Of a stretch of DNA of 64,000 bases, positions 36,646 to 49,921 are shown piece by piece. Origin of the DNA: Squalus acanthias (lineage: Eukaryota); NCBI GenBank assembly GCA_030390025.1, contig CM059433.1:8496001-8560000 (forward strand), written 5' to 3'. The position numbers and the translations under genes are program-made. How positions within the stretch are numbered: the stretch's first letter is position 1; every line of letters begins with the position of its first letter. The notes under the pieces are model-generated. The model was not told the origin of the DNA. It saw nothing but the letters and a program-made list of their open reading frames with translations, and made no database searches.

Positions 36646-37166
36646 GTACACTTCCCACATAGGACACATGCATGTCACATCCCCCTCTGTGTATACTATC
36701 TTTGCATATCAAGAACCCACAATTGTACCCATGTATCATTCTGAATATTTTTTTTTGTATGTAAATGTTATACTCATCAAGGTGAGGGATGCTAATCATG
36801 AGGAAAGTAATACTTTCCATCTCAGTGGTTGCATCGTTCACTCCTAGCTCAGGTGCAGCACGGTTAGATGTAGAGTCAGGCTCCCTCTACTCTGCTACAA
36901 CCACTAAAGAACACCAGTATGACAGGTTGGTTACTGCCCTTGGGGCCTTCTGGCTGCCTTGGAAATCAGCAGCGAGAACACACAATTCCGGACAGCGGGA
37001 GGGGGGCTGCGAATACATTTACAAACACTTGCTTGCAGTTATCGTCAGGCTGCCCCCCGGATCCCTACAGACCTCACAGTCTATGAGGATCCCAGCGCTA
37101 GCTCCAGTGTCCGATTCCTGTGTAGCTCATATGTGTTTAGTTTTATTTTCAGTGTATGTGCTCTTC

Positions 37167-37715
37167 AACATAGCACCTTTAACGTAGTAAAACGTCCCAA
37201 GGCGCTGCACAGGAGTATTTTAAGACAAAAAAATTGACACCGAACCACATAAGGATAAATTAGGGCAGGTGACCAAAAGCTTGGCCAAAGAGGTAGGTTT
37301 TAAGGATCGTCTTAAAGGAGGAAAGAGAGGTAGAGAGGCGGAGAGGTTTAGGCAGGGAATTCCAGAGCTTAGGGCCCTAGGCAACAGAAGGCACGGCCAC
37401 CAAAGGTTGAGCGATTATAATCAGGGATCTTCAAGAGGGCAGAATTAGAGGAGCGCAGATACCTCGGGGGGGGGGGGGGGGGGCGTTGTGGGACTGAAGG
37501 AGATTACAGAGATGGGGGGGAGGGGTGGGTGCGAGGCCATGGAGGGATTTGAAAACAAGGATGAGAATTTTGAAATCAAGGCGCTGCTTAACTGGGAGCC
37601 AATGTAGGTCAGCGAGCACAGGGGGTGATGGGTGAACGGGACTTGGTGCGAGTTAGGACACGGGCAGCCGAGTTTTGGATGACCTCAAGTTTACGTAGGG
37701 TGGAATGTGGGAGGA
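37167..37715 (-). mobile_element. L2 LINE 3' fragment
   Basis: LADLHWLPVKQRLDFKILILVFKSLHGLAP; near-identical to 26977-27530. Confidence 0.9.
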
Positions 37716-37774
37716 CACACATCCTTTTGTACCTCTGGTTTTCTCCCTTGACTGGCTCCCCAAATTACTACGTA

Positions 37775-38055
37775 GGTGGATGTAACTGACCCCACGGCAC
37801 TATTTCAAAGAAGAGCAGGGGAAGTCCTCCCCGGTGTCCTGGGGCCAATATTTATCCCTCAAACAACATCACTAAAATAGTTGATGTGGTCACCATCACA
37901 TTGCTGTTTGTGGGAGCTTGCTGTGCCTAAATTGACTGCCGCGTTTCCTACATTACAACAGTGACTACACTTCAAGAGTACTTCATTGGCTGTGAAGCGC
38001 TTTGGGATGTCCTGAGGTGGTGAAAGGCGCTATAGAAATGAAAGTCTTTCTTTCT
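37775..38055 (+). mobile_element. Deu-type SINE 3' part
   Basis: Core and tail match the family. Confidence 0.8.
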
Positions 38056-40809
38056 GCAAATATTTTAATTTTAGGCTGACTCCCAGACCACCACCAATAC
38101 TATTCTTGCCCAGTTGTAGCTGGGCACATTACAGCAACCCAGCGCTCTCATCTCCACAGCTGAGACTGGAGTGAATTTATGTCCCTCCAATCTGTAGCGC
38201 GTGTGTTGATGCTCCAACAAGTGATGCCCCCTCGCAATCGATGCGTAGCTTATATATCAGTTGAATTGTGGATGTCATTTTAAAGAAAAACAAACCATGA
38301 AAACTCTGGCAGTGCTCAATGTGAATCTCCCAGGATGCCAGCCTTGACTAAGTCCGATAACCAAACGCTCTTTTGCAGGAGCAGATTATTCGAGATAAAA
38401 CAGTAACTGACATGAGAATTTAAAGAGATGTTACGCAGGGGGGGGGGGGGGGGGGGTGCGTTTCAAACCAATCCGTAACCCTTAGCAACAATCCTGCTGT
38501 ATACTAAATATTTTGTAAGCAAAGCACAGGTGCCCAAGTATAATAGGGGCTATTTAGGTTTTTTTGCCTCAGCGTATTGCACGGATTTACTGAAGAACAG
38601 CTGACTACATAAATGCCGCAGATGCAGAGAGTTGGCCGAGTGAGGTGTCCAATCGAACGTAAACACAATCGGATGGTTTTCCCCCTTTTCCGCGTGCTGC
38701 TGGCATTTTCAGTCTGAGCTCTCTGTCTACTTCCTCTGTCCGCTTGTCCCGGCGAGCAAGCACTCGCGAGGTGTCAAGAGAGGGAACAAGCTCGTTTGTG
38801 CAACCCGGGAGGCTCTTTTATTCTCAGTGCTCAGAAGCTGGAAGTGAAAGCGTCAGCTTTCAAAAAGGGACTATTGTACTGTCTCAACATGGGCAGCCCT
38901 CAACCTAATGTGGCCACAAAGACAGAGAAGTGGGAGCAGTAAATATCTAACAGCAACAGACCCTTTTTAAAAAAAAAAATTCTTTTATTCTGCATTGTGT
39001 CAGTACATTCGCTGGCGAACTGTATGAAAAGTCCATCGTTTTATCACGGAGGGAGCGTGAGAAGGGGCTGATTATATCAATTATTTCATTAGCGACAGTG
39101 ACACAAGTTCAGATAGTGGAGTAGAAATCCAGGCAGTCCTTGTTGGAAGCAGGGGGGGGGGACGGTTTCTGACAGAAACACGCTCCAAAAAGTTGACGAG
39201 CTGCTCCCAGAAACAACTTTTCAAGTTTACCTTGGCTCAAAGCGAGGTCTTGAAACGAAATCTATTTTTAAAAGTGCTCGCATTTGTACAGCACCGGACT
39301 GCAATTTTTAACAAATGGCATTGACCTCTGTTCTGCCCCGCTCGCTCTGGGCTCTGTGATTGGCAGGTAATGGCAAGCCAGAGCAAAGGTCAGCAGCATC
39401 TCAATTTAAACACACGACTTCGGATATTGATCCCTGCTACCAAAAAACCAAACAACCCTGAAAATGACAGGCAAAAGAACTGGCTGGGGGGGGGGGGGGG
39501 GGGTTTCAAGTGGTTTTTTTTTGGTGGATGCCATCGACCCTCAGATAAATGCACACCTAACCCTAGTGGAATTCCAATGTACTTAACCACTTCCTGTCAG
39601 CCTCAGACTGTGTAGAATTCCTGAGCCAAGCAAACCACTTTAAAGGGGCATTGTCTCCACTTGGAAAGTCTTTCTTCATTTGTTTACAAACACCCAATGC
39701 AAGGCTATAAATCATGTAGAAAATGGCATCGTGGCACAGGGGTGGCGCATCGTGTCACAGTGACAACAACAAAAAAAGGACCGCATTGGTTCTCCTGACT
39801 CTTCTCCCTGCCTGACCAAAGAAAAGATTTACCTAGCATGTCAAAACCTTCCCGAGAAGACCCTGCCCCTTTCAAGCCCAAATGCTGAGCAAAGCATAAG
39901 ATGCTGTACAATTATCTGGACTTGAACACTCAGCAGAACTAAGTCTCATCAATCCATTCTCAAATCCACTTAGAGACAGCGGGGGCACTTTTTGGAAATC
40001 TAATGATTTAAGTGTAAAATATTCATTCTTCTGACGTGCTCTCTTTCTGGTTTGAAATGCAGGCTGAAGGTCAAAGATTTACAAACGGGCCATTTTTAGC
40101 CGTGGTTTATAGAACACCAGATCTAATCGTAACAATTCGTGGCGAACTCTATAGAAGTGCTGATCAGGATTCGGTTGTGACACACCTGAATAACTGAGTG
40201 TAAAAGCAGCGGGAGCCAAATCTCATGCAGCTGGGTGTCACCTTTCCTCTGCTCCGGTTTTCTCTGAAAGATGGTTCTGGTACAGTAGTCTTCAACAGAG
40301 ACTTGTTCTTAAATGAGGTCACCTGACAAAATCGGCATAAATAGGTTTCAATCACATACAATAATTCAAAAAAATACTCATTTTAAAGTTTTAGTCCAGG
40401 AAAAATTGAGGAGCACTGCCAGAGTTTTCATGATTTCCCCCTTGTATTCTTTTTTCTCCTTGTTAAAAAGTTGTCCGAGGAGCGCTATATAAATGCAAGT
40501 CTTTGTTGCATTGGCTCTGAAGATTTATATTTTTTTGCAGTCCTTTGCAGCTTTAAATAGTTGTTCTTACCACGTACCATTGTATGTTTTGAAATAATAT
40601 CCTTCCAATTATATTTTTAGAAATTCTAGCAGGACCAGTTACAGCGCAACAATTCGCAGTGTCTGAATGAGTTCCAAAAATTGCAAATTCATTGGAATTA
40701 TTTCTACATTCGCCCCGCTCAGATCTATTTGAAGTCAAACAGTGCACGCGGCCAGTTTTTAGAGTCAGCACAGGAAAGGATTTATTAGTAAATAGCAAAG
40801 TACTCTAAC

Positions 40810-40945
40810 AGTTCTGACAAAGGGTCATTGACCTGAAACGTTAACTCTGTTTCTCTCTCTCCACAGATGCTGCCTGAGCTGCTGAGTATTTCCAGCATTT
40901 TCTGTTTTTATTTCAGATTTCCAGCATCCGCAGTATTTTGCTTTC
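40810..40945 (+). mobile_element. Penelope-like pLTR fragment (family A), hammerhead core mutated (CTGACAA)
   Basis: AGTT-CTGACAA-A-GGGTC-ATT-GACCT-GAAA-CGTT-AACT. Confidence 0.8.
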
Positions 40946-40964
40946 GCCTTGTATAGAAGTACAT

Positions 40965-41413
40965 AAAGAAAGACTTGCATTTATATAGCGCCTTTCACGA
41001 CTCTCAAAGCGCTTTACAGCCAATGAAGTGCTCTTGGAGTGGAGTCACTGTTGTAATGTGGGAAACGCGGCAGCCAATTTGCGCACAGCAAGCTCCCACA
41101 AACAGCAATGTGATAATGACCAGATAATCTGTTTTTGTTATGTTGATTGAGGATAAATATTAGCCAGGACACCGGGGATAACTCCCCTGCTCTTCTTCAA
41201 AATAGTGCCCATGGAGATCTTTTACATCCAACTGAGAGAGCAGACGGGGCCTCGGTTTTAACGTCTCATCCGAAAGACGGCACCTCTGACACTGCAGCGC
41301 TCCCTCAAAGCATCAGCCTAGCTTTATGTGCTCGAGTCCCTGGCGTGGGATTTGAACCCACAACCTTCTGACTCAGAGATGAGTGCGCTACCCACTGAGC
41401 CACAGCTGACACT
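40965..41413 (-). mobile_element. Full-length SacSINE1/Deu-like SINE
   Basis: Head to tail match with 9707-10180. Confidence 0.85.
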
Positions 41414-41658
41414 TAAATTATTACATCACTGAAATACGCAATAAAATGAGAAACATACATGAGGAAATCCTGGAAAATAACTGCAGTGAATCATTGATTA
41501 GAATAACGCAACAACACAAGGGAGAAGTCATTTAAAAGATGAACCACAGCAGAAAGCAGGAAGAATGCAACATCTGGATAATAAAAACCTCGAAATTGGA
41601 TCGCGCAGCTTCTGTTTATCGGGCCAAAAAACGGGTGCTGGAAGTTCCAATATGGCAG

Positions 41659-41834
41659 GTGGCGCCTGCACATTCATTCCACGCCGGGAGAGCGCCGCAT
41701 GTGTGGCGCCTGCACGTTCATTCCACGCCGGGAGAGCGCCGGATGTGTGGCGCCTGCACGTTCATTCCACGCCGGGAGAGCGCCGCACGTGTGGCGCCTG
41801 CATGTTCATTCCACGCCAGGAGAGCGCCGCATGC
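41659..41834 (+). repeat. Tandem repeat, 4 x 44 bp, in MITE-like GC-rich DNA
   Basis: GTGGCGCCTGCA starts at 41659, 41703, 41747 and 41791. Confidence 0.95.
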
Positions 41835-43881
41835 TGAATTGGTTCGGGTGTCCTGCAGTTGTCTAGGGCGCATGGCTGAAACTAGCCTTAATCCCCATTT
41901 CCTGTGCGAGTTCATACCCGAACATCCGTTTCAGGCCCCTTCCCCATAATCAATGGCAACTGCCTGCAGTGCAGCCTGCGCCGTGTGTGCTGCGGTCAGT
42001 TTTCTCGGGCCTAAAGCAGCAGGAACGTTGCTCCTAGCTTCACGTCGAAACTACGGGGAACTGCCACCATCACTCGCTGCTCCACCCCGCCCCACCCCCC
42101 CACACCCCGATCTACCCTCCCCCACCCGCCACCCCCCCCCACCTCCCCTCCCGGACTCACAGTGGGCTCCTGCCAGGCATCCCCCACCGGCTGACTTTTG
42201 TCCTCTTCTGGACCGGCCCACTACCTCTTGGGGAAGAACCGGTACCTCCGTATGCCTGATGACGCTGGAGGGCCAATTCCGCACAGTCCTCTTGCTCATC
42301 AGTTTCGGGCGCAACCAATTTCCCCCCCAACGATGCCCAGATTTGGAATCGGACGGCCGCTGAGAAACTCACCGTCACCAGAATGATTGGAACTGGCCAG
42401 TCCATGGATAGTTTCACTGCAAGAACCCTGTTTCCCCACTTAACCCTGAACAACAAATAGGAGAACAACATTCCCACAAGGAGCTTACAGGAGATGTATA
42501 GACAATAACTACAGTACGCTGTGAATTTTTTTTTTAATGAATGTTAAATCTTGGAGAAGTGATAAATGAGGAGCTGTACTATTGAAGCAACTGACCTCCT
42601 TTCTCACCTGCATGCTCAAAGGCTTCATGCCATGTGAATGGAATTCAAGGACAGATAAAGCTCCTGACTGGAACTGAAGCTTTGTTTCCTGGACTGGATC
42701 CGCACCAGGTTTTAGGAACTTGGAGCTGTGTCAACTTCAGTTCCCCGAACTGCCCTTCCACCCACCCACCACTACCTCGCCTCCGAAATTCAGACCAGAC
42801 CGAGTCTCAGTTCCTCGTCTCCTCCACTTCCACCCTGAGATTGGCATTTGGGCCCCCGCGTCCGTCTCTCATCATTCACACTCGGACGTTCAGAGCACGC
42901 TGAGACTCGGCCCCCCCACACCCCCACCCCCACCCCCACCACCCTCCTTAAATTCATCGCAGATTGCAGCTCGAAACCTTCACCCAGTCCTTTCCTCGTT
43001 CAAACTTCGAGTTGAAAATGGACTCTCTCCCCCAGTGGGGTCTAAATTCGCCGGGTGTGCTGAACTCTGTTGCAAATGATGGAAAAAAAAAACCCAATCA
43101 AATTAATAATGAACGCCAAGCAGCGATAACATTGGAAAATTATTTCCGAATGTAGCGAGAGTCAAACAGGACTTTGTCGGGGGGTGGGGGGTATAAAGTG
43201 AAATGGGATTCTGGGGACACGAGTACGACACAAGGGCTCACTATTTTGTTGAGACTTGGCTTGTTTTGGTTAGTTACCAACCGCGCTCCTCCCATGAAAA
43301 GGAAAAAGAATATTCCAGAACAATGCGTTTTGGTAAATACCGCGTGACAAAGGGGCTGCCGCACAGATCAGCTTTTTTTTTTAAATGTGCTCATCATTGT
43401 ACATTTACCAAGTTAAAAAAAAAACTACTGCAAACATTTGGACAGATGTCAAAACAAATAAACCTCTGCTAAGTATACACTAGAACGCATTGTGAGTGGA
43501 AGCTTCAGAGGAGAATCAAAGGGAAAGTGTGGAAGTGATTGGGAAAGTACATAACAGTACAAGGAATGTGATGCCAAGAGGGAATTAAGCCGCACAAATG
43601 TTGCTGGATCAGTGAACGATGAGGCTTTTTTAAAAAACCATAAGATATTTGTTGCGGTTCTGAAACAAAATTACCTCTTAAAATGTACATACACAGTAGC
43701 AAACTCAATAAGGAAATACAAACTAGGCTGACTTTGGTTGATTCAAATATATCCGACCTGATAATTAATTTACCCTGGTTGAGATAGTCCTGATTCACGT
43801 GTGCCCGCCTCCTTTTAAAATGTGTGTGCGGAGGTTTTTTTTTGCCACTTTGTGTTTCTTGGCGCATGCTCAACGCTATTT

Positions 43882-44355
43882 AGTGTCAGCTGTGGCTCAG
43901 TGGGTAGCACACTTTGCCTCTGAGTCAGAAGGTTGTGGGGTTCATAGTCCCACTCCAGGGAGTTCAGCACATAAAGCTAGGCTGACACTCCCAGTGCAGT
44001 GCTGAGGGAGTGCTTCACTGTCGGAGGTGCCGTCCTTTGGATGAGATGTTAAACCGAGGCCCCGTCTGCTCTCTCAAGTGGATGTAAAAGATCCCATGGT
44101 ACTATTTCGAAGAAGAGTAGGGAAGTTATCCCTGGTGTTCTGGCCAATATTTGTTCCGCAATCAACATCACAAAAAAAGATGATCTGGTCATTTTCACAT
44201 TGCTGTTTGTGGGAGCTTGCTGTGCGCAAATTGGCACTGCGTTTCCCACATTACAACAGTGACTACACTTCAAAAAGTACTTCATTGGCTGTAAAGTGCT
44301 TTGAGACATCCGGTGGTCGTGAAAGGCGCTATATAAATGCAAGTCTTTCTTTCTT
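43882..44355 (+). mobile_element. Full-length SacSINE1/Deu-like SINE
   Basis: GTGTCAGCTGTGGCTCAGTGG head through the GGCGCTATATAAATGCAAGTCTTTC tail. Confidence 0.88.
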
Positions 44356-44654
44356 TAGTTTATTTTACCCAAAGCATTGCATCCAAGCAGATACACTGAG
44401 CTGAACGGGGAGGGTGTGTCCTCCTCCCAAGGCACGTGTTCTATTTTTTTTTTACTGAGTTAAGTAGCTTTTTTGAGTTTCCATCGTTTATGGCCTGACT
44501 TTTGTGGGTTGGTAGTCCTTGGTGCTCAAGGCAAAGTGTGTGTTCGTCTCATTGGCATTCTCACGGCAGCGTTCTCGTAGCAATGGGGTAACATTTCTAT
44601 TACGCGCTTTCTATAGCGGAATCATAAATCCATACTATAGCAATGACTTTTATG

Positions 44655-44984
44655 ATGTGGAGATGCCGGTGTTGGACTGGGGTGGACAAAAGTGAGAAGT
44701 CGCACAACACCAGGTTATAGTCCAACAGCTTTATTTGAAATCACAAGCTTTCGGAGCGCTGCTCCTTCATCAGGTGAAGTGAAGAGATGCATATAGGCAC
44801 AGCATATATAGTCAGAGAACACTGCCAGATGATTAACTGTAGTCGTCTGGCAGTGCTCTCTGACTATATATGCTGTGCCTATATGCATCTCTTCACTTCA
44901 CCTGACGAAGGAGCAGCGCTCCAAAAGCTTGTGATTTCAAATAAAGCTGTTGGACTATAACCTGGTGTTGTGCAACTTCTCACA
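44655..44984. mobile_element. Fold-back Penelope-like pLTR insertion (family B)
   Basis: 13-bp TSD AATGACTTTTATG at 44642-44654 and 44985-44997; 144-bp inverted arms 44692-44835 and 44840-44983; a hammerhead motif in each arm. Confidence 0.88.
44741..44777 (-). ncRNA. Minimal hammerhead ribozyme motif (family B), intact core
   Basis: Minus strand TCAC-CTGATGA-A-GGAGC-AGC-GCTCC-GAAA-GCTT-GTGA. The plus-strand twin at 44898-44934 has GAAA changed to AAAA. Confidence 0.85.
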
Positions 44985-45619
44985 AATGACTTTTATGGTT
45001 TGCCACAAGTAGCACATGGACTCCCTAGCTGGCGAGTTGCGGTGGAATCTGACGTTCTGACTCTCGAGCAGTAATGTATAGCTGACCAGTATTGTGCAGC
45101 TGACAGCAGCGTAGGTCCGACTCCTGGCAATCAACAGCAAAGCAGCTCGAGCGCTCTCATGATCCAATTGGAACCCAGGGTTGACCCAGTGTCGGTATTG
45201 GTCCCAACCCCTAACGATGCAATGACAAAACGGGGCCGAAAGCCACCAGTCACTCCGGCGCACCCCCCACCATACCTCCAGCGGGCATGCAGCGGAAAGG
45301 TCACAAATTCTACCAAGACCCAGAGAAGCCAAGCCACCAAATGATAGAAGTGGAGCCTCCCCCCACCCCCCCAGGGGGTTTAGACCATGATCCAGGTCTG
45401 TGCCTCCAAAGAGGAGAAAGATTTTGGATAGCTTTATCGACCCATTTTGAAAAAGGCAACTGGAGCAGATCAGCACTTCTTCTGTTATCAGATTTCCCGG
45501 AAACTTGGGGCAGGCAGACACTGAGTCGCATCAGTAGTGAGGTGGTGTACTCACCCATAGGTATGTTAATACAGTGATCTCACCCAGACTCCACAAACTT
45601 CAGCAGGGCTAGCATCCTT

Positions 45620-46183
45620 ACCACACCTGGAGTATTGTGTACAGTTTTGGTCTCCTTACCTAAGGAAGGATATACTTGCCATAGAGGGAGTGCAACAAAG
45701 GTTCACCAGACTGGTTCCTGGGATGGGGGGATTGTCCTATGAGGAGAGATTGAGTAGACTAGGCCTATACTCTCCAGAATTTAGAAGAATGAGAGCTGAA
45801 CTCATTGAAACATACAAAATTCTTACAGGGCTTGACAGGGTAGATGCAGGGAGGATGTTTCCCCTGGCTGGGGAGTCTAGAACCAGGGGTCACAGTCTCA
45901 GAATAAGGGGTCGGCCATTTAGGACTGAGATGAGGAGAAATTTCTTCACTCGGAGGGTGGTGAATCTTTGGAATTCTCTACCCCAGAGGGCTGTGGAAGC
46001 TCAGTCGTTGAGTATATTCAAAACAGAGATCGATAGATTTTTGAATATTATGGGAATCAAGGGATATGGGGATAATGCAGGAAAGTGGAGATGAGGTAGA
46101 AGAACAGCCATGATCTTATTGAATGGCAGAGCAGGCTCGAGCAGCCAAATGGCCCACTCCTGCTTCTATTTCTTATGTTCTTA
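45620..46183 (+). mobile_element. CR1 3' fragment
   Basis: ORF 45690-46094 is the CR1 ORF2 C-terminus, followed by the tail. Confidence 0.92.
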
Positions 46184-46194
46184 TTAGCAGTTGC

Positions 46195-47629
46195 CAGTGG
46201 GCATGTGAAGGAATAGCCATATTCAGAAAAATACACCATCCTATGAAAGAATTTTGATTATTAAAACATGACAAACTGGGCTTGGAAATCTGAAAGCCTC
46301 AGCAATGGAAAAGCTGTAAACACCATACAGGCTTTTGAGATAAGATAAGTTGTTGACACTGAAACAATAGCCTCATTGAAACAGGAGGTTAGAGCTTCCA
46401 GAAAGTCTGAAGTCTTGGAAAGAACACAATAGCCATACCCTGTTTAGGTGTCATAAACCAACACTTCGAAATGAATCACATACATTAAAGAAACATATGC
46501 CTTCGTAAATATGACATCAAACGAAAGACAGGAGACATCATTCTTAATGCAACCAACTGAGGTAGCTAAGAAGACAATGAGATACCCGGTTGAGGTGTTT
46601 TTAATTTACATGTTGTAAAAAGATACAAACAGAAGACTTTTGTAAATATGGCATCAATAGATGCATCAGCCATCACATTGTTTTTTGTGTTGAACTTGGA
46701 ACACCTAGGAGACACGAAGTCTGTAATATAACCAGCTGAGGTGACTTAAGAATTGCATAGAAGACCTTGCTAAGAATGGCATCAAATAGAACCACTGCTG
46801 TCACATTGTTTTTATGATAAACTTGAAACACCTAAAGGTAGAGACACGAGTCTGAATGCTGCAAGCTGAACTAACAGTAAGAATAGAAGGGGTCAACAGA
46901 AAAATGACTAGAGATAATTAGCTTACATCAGCAGAAAACTTCAAAGGATATACCACTGAGAAAGAGTATAAAGATTGGGTTTTCAAATAGGAAGACAGAA
47001 GTCGCTTGAAGGGGCAAAGCGGTTCTCAGACTTCAGAGGCAGGCTCTGTAAGTTTTCAACTCTTTAAGACTTGGGTATCAAAGGTATTTGATTTTGATGG
47101 ATATTCTGGAATAGACTAAGTAAGAAATGTAAAAATGTAACGAAGTTAAGATTTGAGAATAAGGATCTCTGATGATAAAAGAATTGTAAGCTTTTTGTAT
47201 TTTGAACTGTTAACGTCGCGACTGAATCACCAACTGTAACTACATGTCGGTTCTTTAATAAATCTATATTTTTTTTAGAATTGTCTCACATAGTACTTCT
47301 GTATCAAACTCGCAAACTCAATCTCTGTACGCTCTTTGGTGAGGAGTTGCAGAATTCTAGGGGAGTTTTCCGGACCCTCATAATATCCGGAAGGTTACAG
47401 TCTAGCTAAACTTATTAAAAGTGCTATCTGGAGGACGGTAACGTCTTCAGGTCGTTCCTTTCCTTTAGGGAGAGATAGTCTGGACCTTTAGACCCATTAA
47501 GCGTCTTTAGGATCCGGCAACCTCTAACTTTAGTTGAAGGTGAACGTCTGGGGAATACGCCTGATCCGGGGTAGCCCGAAAAGGGCGAGGACTAGTAATT
47601 ATCCCTTCAGACATGCCCAGATACTTACA
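46195..47629 (+). mobile_element. LTR-like sequence, boundaries uncertain
   Basis: Internal direct repeats of about 130 bp, GTATAAAG near 46967, AATAAA near 47257, ends ...CTTACA; no TSD found. Confidence 0.45.
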
Positions 47630-47682
47630 TCAGGATGGACAGCCCACAGGTTTACGGTCCCCAAGCCTCCGATGCCATGGCA

Positions 47683-48165
47683 ATCAACAACAACTTGCAT
47701 TTATATAGTGTCTTTAATGTAGTGAAACATGCCAGGGCTCTTCATAGGAGTGTAATCCGAACACCTCGAGTCTCTTCGCCGGGAGCAAGCGGAAGCCAAG
47801 CGCAAACAGCGGAAGGCGCGCACGTCAACCCAAGCACCCCACCCACCCGCCCCTTCAACCACCGTCTGCCCCACCTGTGACAGAGACTGTAGGTCCCGCA
47901 TTGGACTCATCAGTCACCTGAGAACTCATTTTTAGTGTGGAAGCAAGTCACCCTCGGTTCCGAGGGACTGCCTAAGAAGAAGAATCAGACCAAAAAAACC
48001 TGACACCGAGCCAAAGAAGGAGACATTAGGATAGGTGAGAGGCGGAGAGGATTAGGGAGGGAATTCCAGAGCTTAGGCCCCAGGCAGCTGAAAGACACAG
48101 TCGCCAATGGTGCAGCGAAGGAAGTTGGGGGATGCACAAGAGGCCAGAGTTGAAGGAGCGCATCA
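47683..48165 (-). mobile_element. L2 3' fragment interrupted by an RTE piece
   Basis: L2 tail at about 47683-47757 resumes at 47983 (CLGPKLWNSLP). Confidence 0.75.
47758..47982 (+). mobile_element. RTE-clade LINE 3' fragment
   Basis: Hand translation CPTCDRDCRSRIGLISHLRTH (C2H2 finger), (AAG)n tail, direct repeat AATC at 47754-47757 and 47983-47986. Confidence 0.75.
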
Positions 48166-48959
48166 GGTAGCAATATCACCTTTCTGCTCAGTCCCTGACA
48201 ATCTAGTGATAATATACATCTGACCCTCCCTTAGACCAGCGGCAATAACAGCCTCCACCTCACAAATAAATGTCTTAAATGCAGATTTCAAATTGGATTA
48301 AAGAGAGAACCTAAATTTGGTATCTTTGAACTGAAAGTCTAAACTAATCTGAGCTGGGTTCCCTATTGGCTTTCATAAGAACATAAGACGTAGGAGCAGG
48401 AGTAGGTCATTTGGCCCCTCGAGCCTGCTCCGCCATTCAATAAGATCATGGCTTTCAAAGCAAGTAAACAGAAAGCTCGTCAATCAAAGGAGGTCACCGG
48501 CACAAATTGTCGTTTACTACCGTCAGCCCCAATCACAGTCAGAGCGCAGCAAGAAACACAGGCATAAGCCAGAAACTGCGTTTTGATTGGCCTTGATCTC
48601 CCCCCCCACCCCACCCCACCCCACCCCCGCTTACTGCTTCTGCCTCCCAAACTTTTTTCGGCCTCTGTAAGCTCATTCCCTGCTTTCCCTCCCTGATATT
48701 TTGGCTTATAATTCCACCTCTCTACTCGACAGCCAAGTTGGGATCTGTAAACCTACACTACGTGTGGCCTGCTCGGCTTGCCATTTCTTTGATTCACCCA
48801 CAAAGTTCAAAAAACCATTCAAGTTGGGAATTCAGTTGAAGCTCAACATGCTCCCGGCCTCAATTATTTTTCTTCCGAAAATCTCCAACTTATTTTTTCT
48901 TCAGTGAATAATAAATAGCTGCAAAATCTAAAATGGCTGCCGTAGGGATCTGGTTCACT

Positions 48960-49421
48960 AAAAGAGAAAGACTTGCATTTCTATAGCGCCTTTCACAACC
49001 ACCGGACGTCTCAAAGCGCTTTACAGCCAATGAAGTACTTTTTGAAGTGGAGTCACTGTTGTAATGTGGGAAAAGCAGCAGCCAATCTGCGCACAGCAAG
49101 CTCCCACAAACAGCAATGTGATAATGAGCAGATAATCTGTTTTTGTTGAGGGATAAATATTGGCCAGGACACCGGGGATAACTCTCCTGCTCTTCTTCGA
49201 AATAGTGCCACGGGATCTTTTGCATCCACCTGAGGGCAGATGGGGCCTCGGTTTAACATCTCATCCGAAAGACGGCACCTCCGACAGTGCGGCACTCCCT
49301 CGGCAGTGCACTGGAGTGTCAGCCTAGCTTTATGTGCTCAAGTCCCCAGGGTGGGACTGTGAACCCACAACCTTCTGACTCCAGAGGCGAGTGTGCTATC
49401 AACTGAACCACAGCTGACACT
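48960..49421 (-). mobile_element. Full-length SacSINE1/Deu-like SINE
   Basis: Matches the family from head to tail. Confidence 0.85.
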
Positions 49422-49921
49422 GTATTAGACTCTACTGACACTGTTGTAGAATACTACAGTATTAGAGGCACAAAATCTTGAATAATACAGATCAACACAT
49501 TTTGTGGGGGTGCAAATGCTTTTCCCGCCCCCCCGCAGTTCTTTTCAATCCTTTATGCTCCTGCCTTGCTTACCAACTGTAACCATCTTGGAACGTTTTA
49601 CTACGTTAGCAGCGCAAGTTGTGGTTGTTTTGTTAGAAAGGACTGTTCGGCAAACTACCCTGACTTCACCTGTCATTGCCCTTCTGGCCTGACTACTCGG
49701 AGGTGCATGAGAGCAGCCCAGGGATGACTCTTCCTCCATTTCCCCCTTTCCTCCTGTTCAGGAAGTGTATGCCTGCCGCTTACCACCTTAGTCTGGGGAT
49801 TCAGCAGCTTGTGGTATTGCATAGGCCCACATCAACCCCACACCTTGGCCCAATCAGCCAGTGCCCCAACACACGACATCATTGCACCCCCATTTTCCTA
49901 TGCAGAAGTGTTCAATGTACA

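Noticed and set aside
41659..41834. Possible mini-CRISPR
   Set aside because: 44-bp head-to-tail repeats without variable spacers.
44955..45577. ORFs suggestive of a retroviral gag
   Set aside because: No convincing MHR or zinc-knuckle motif and no PBS found.
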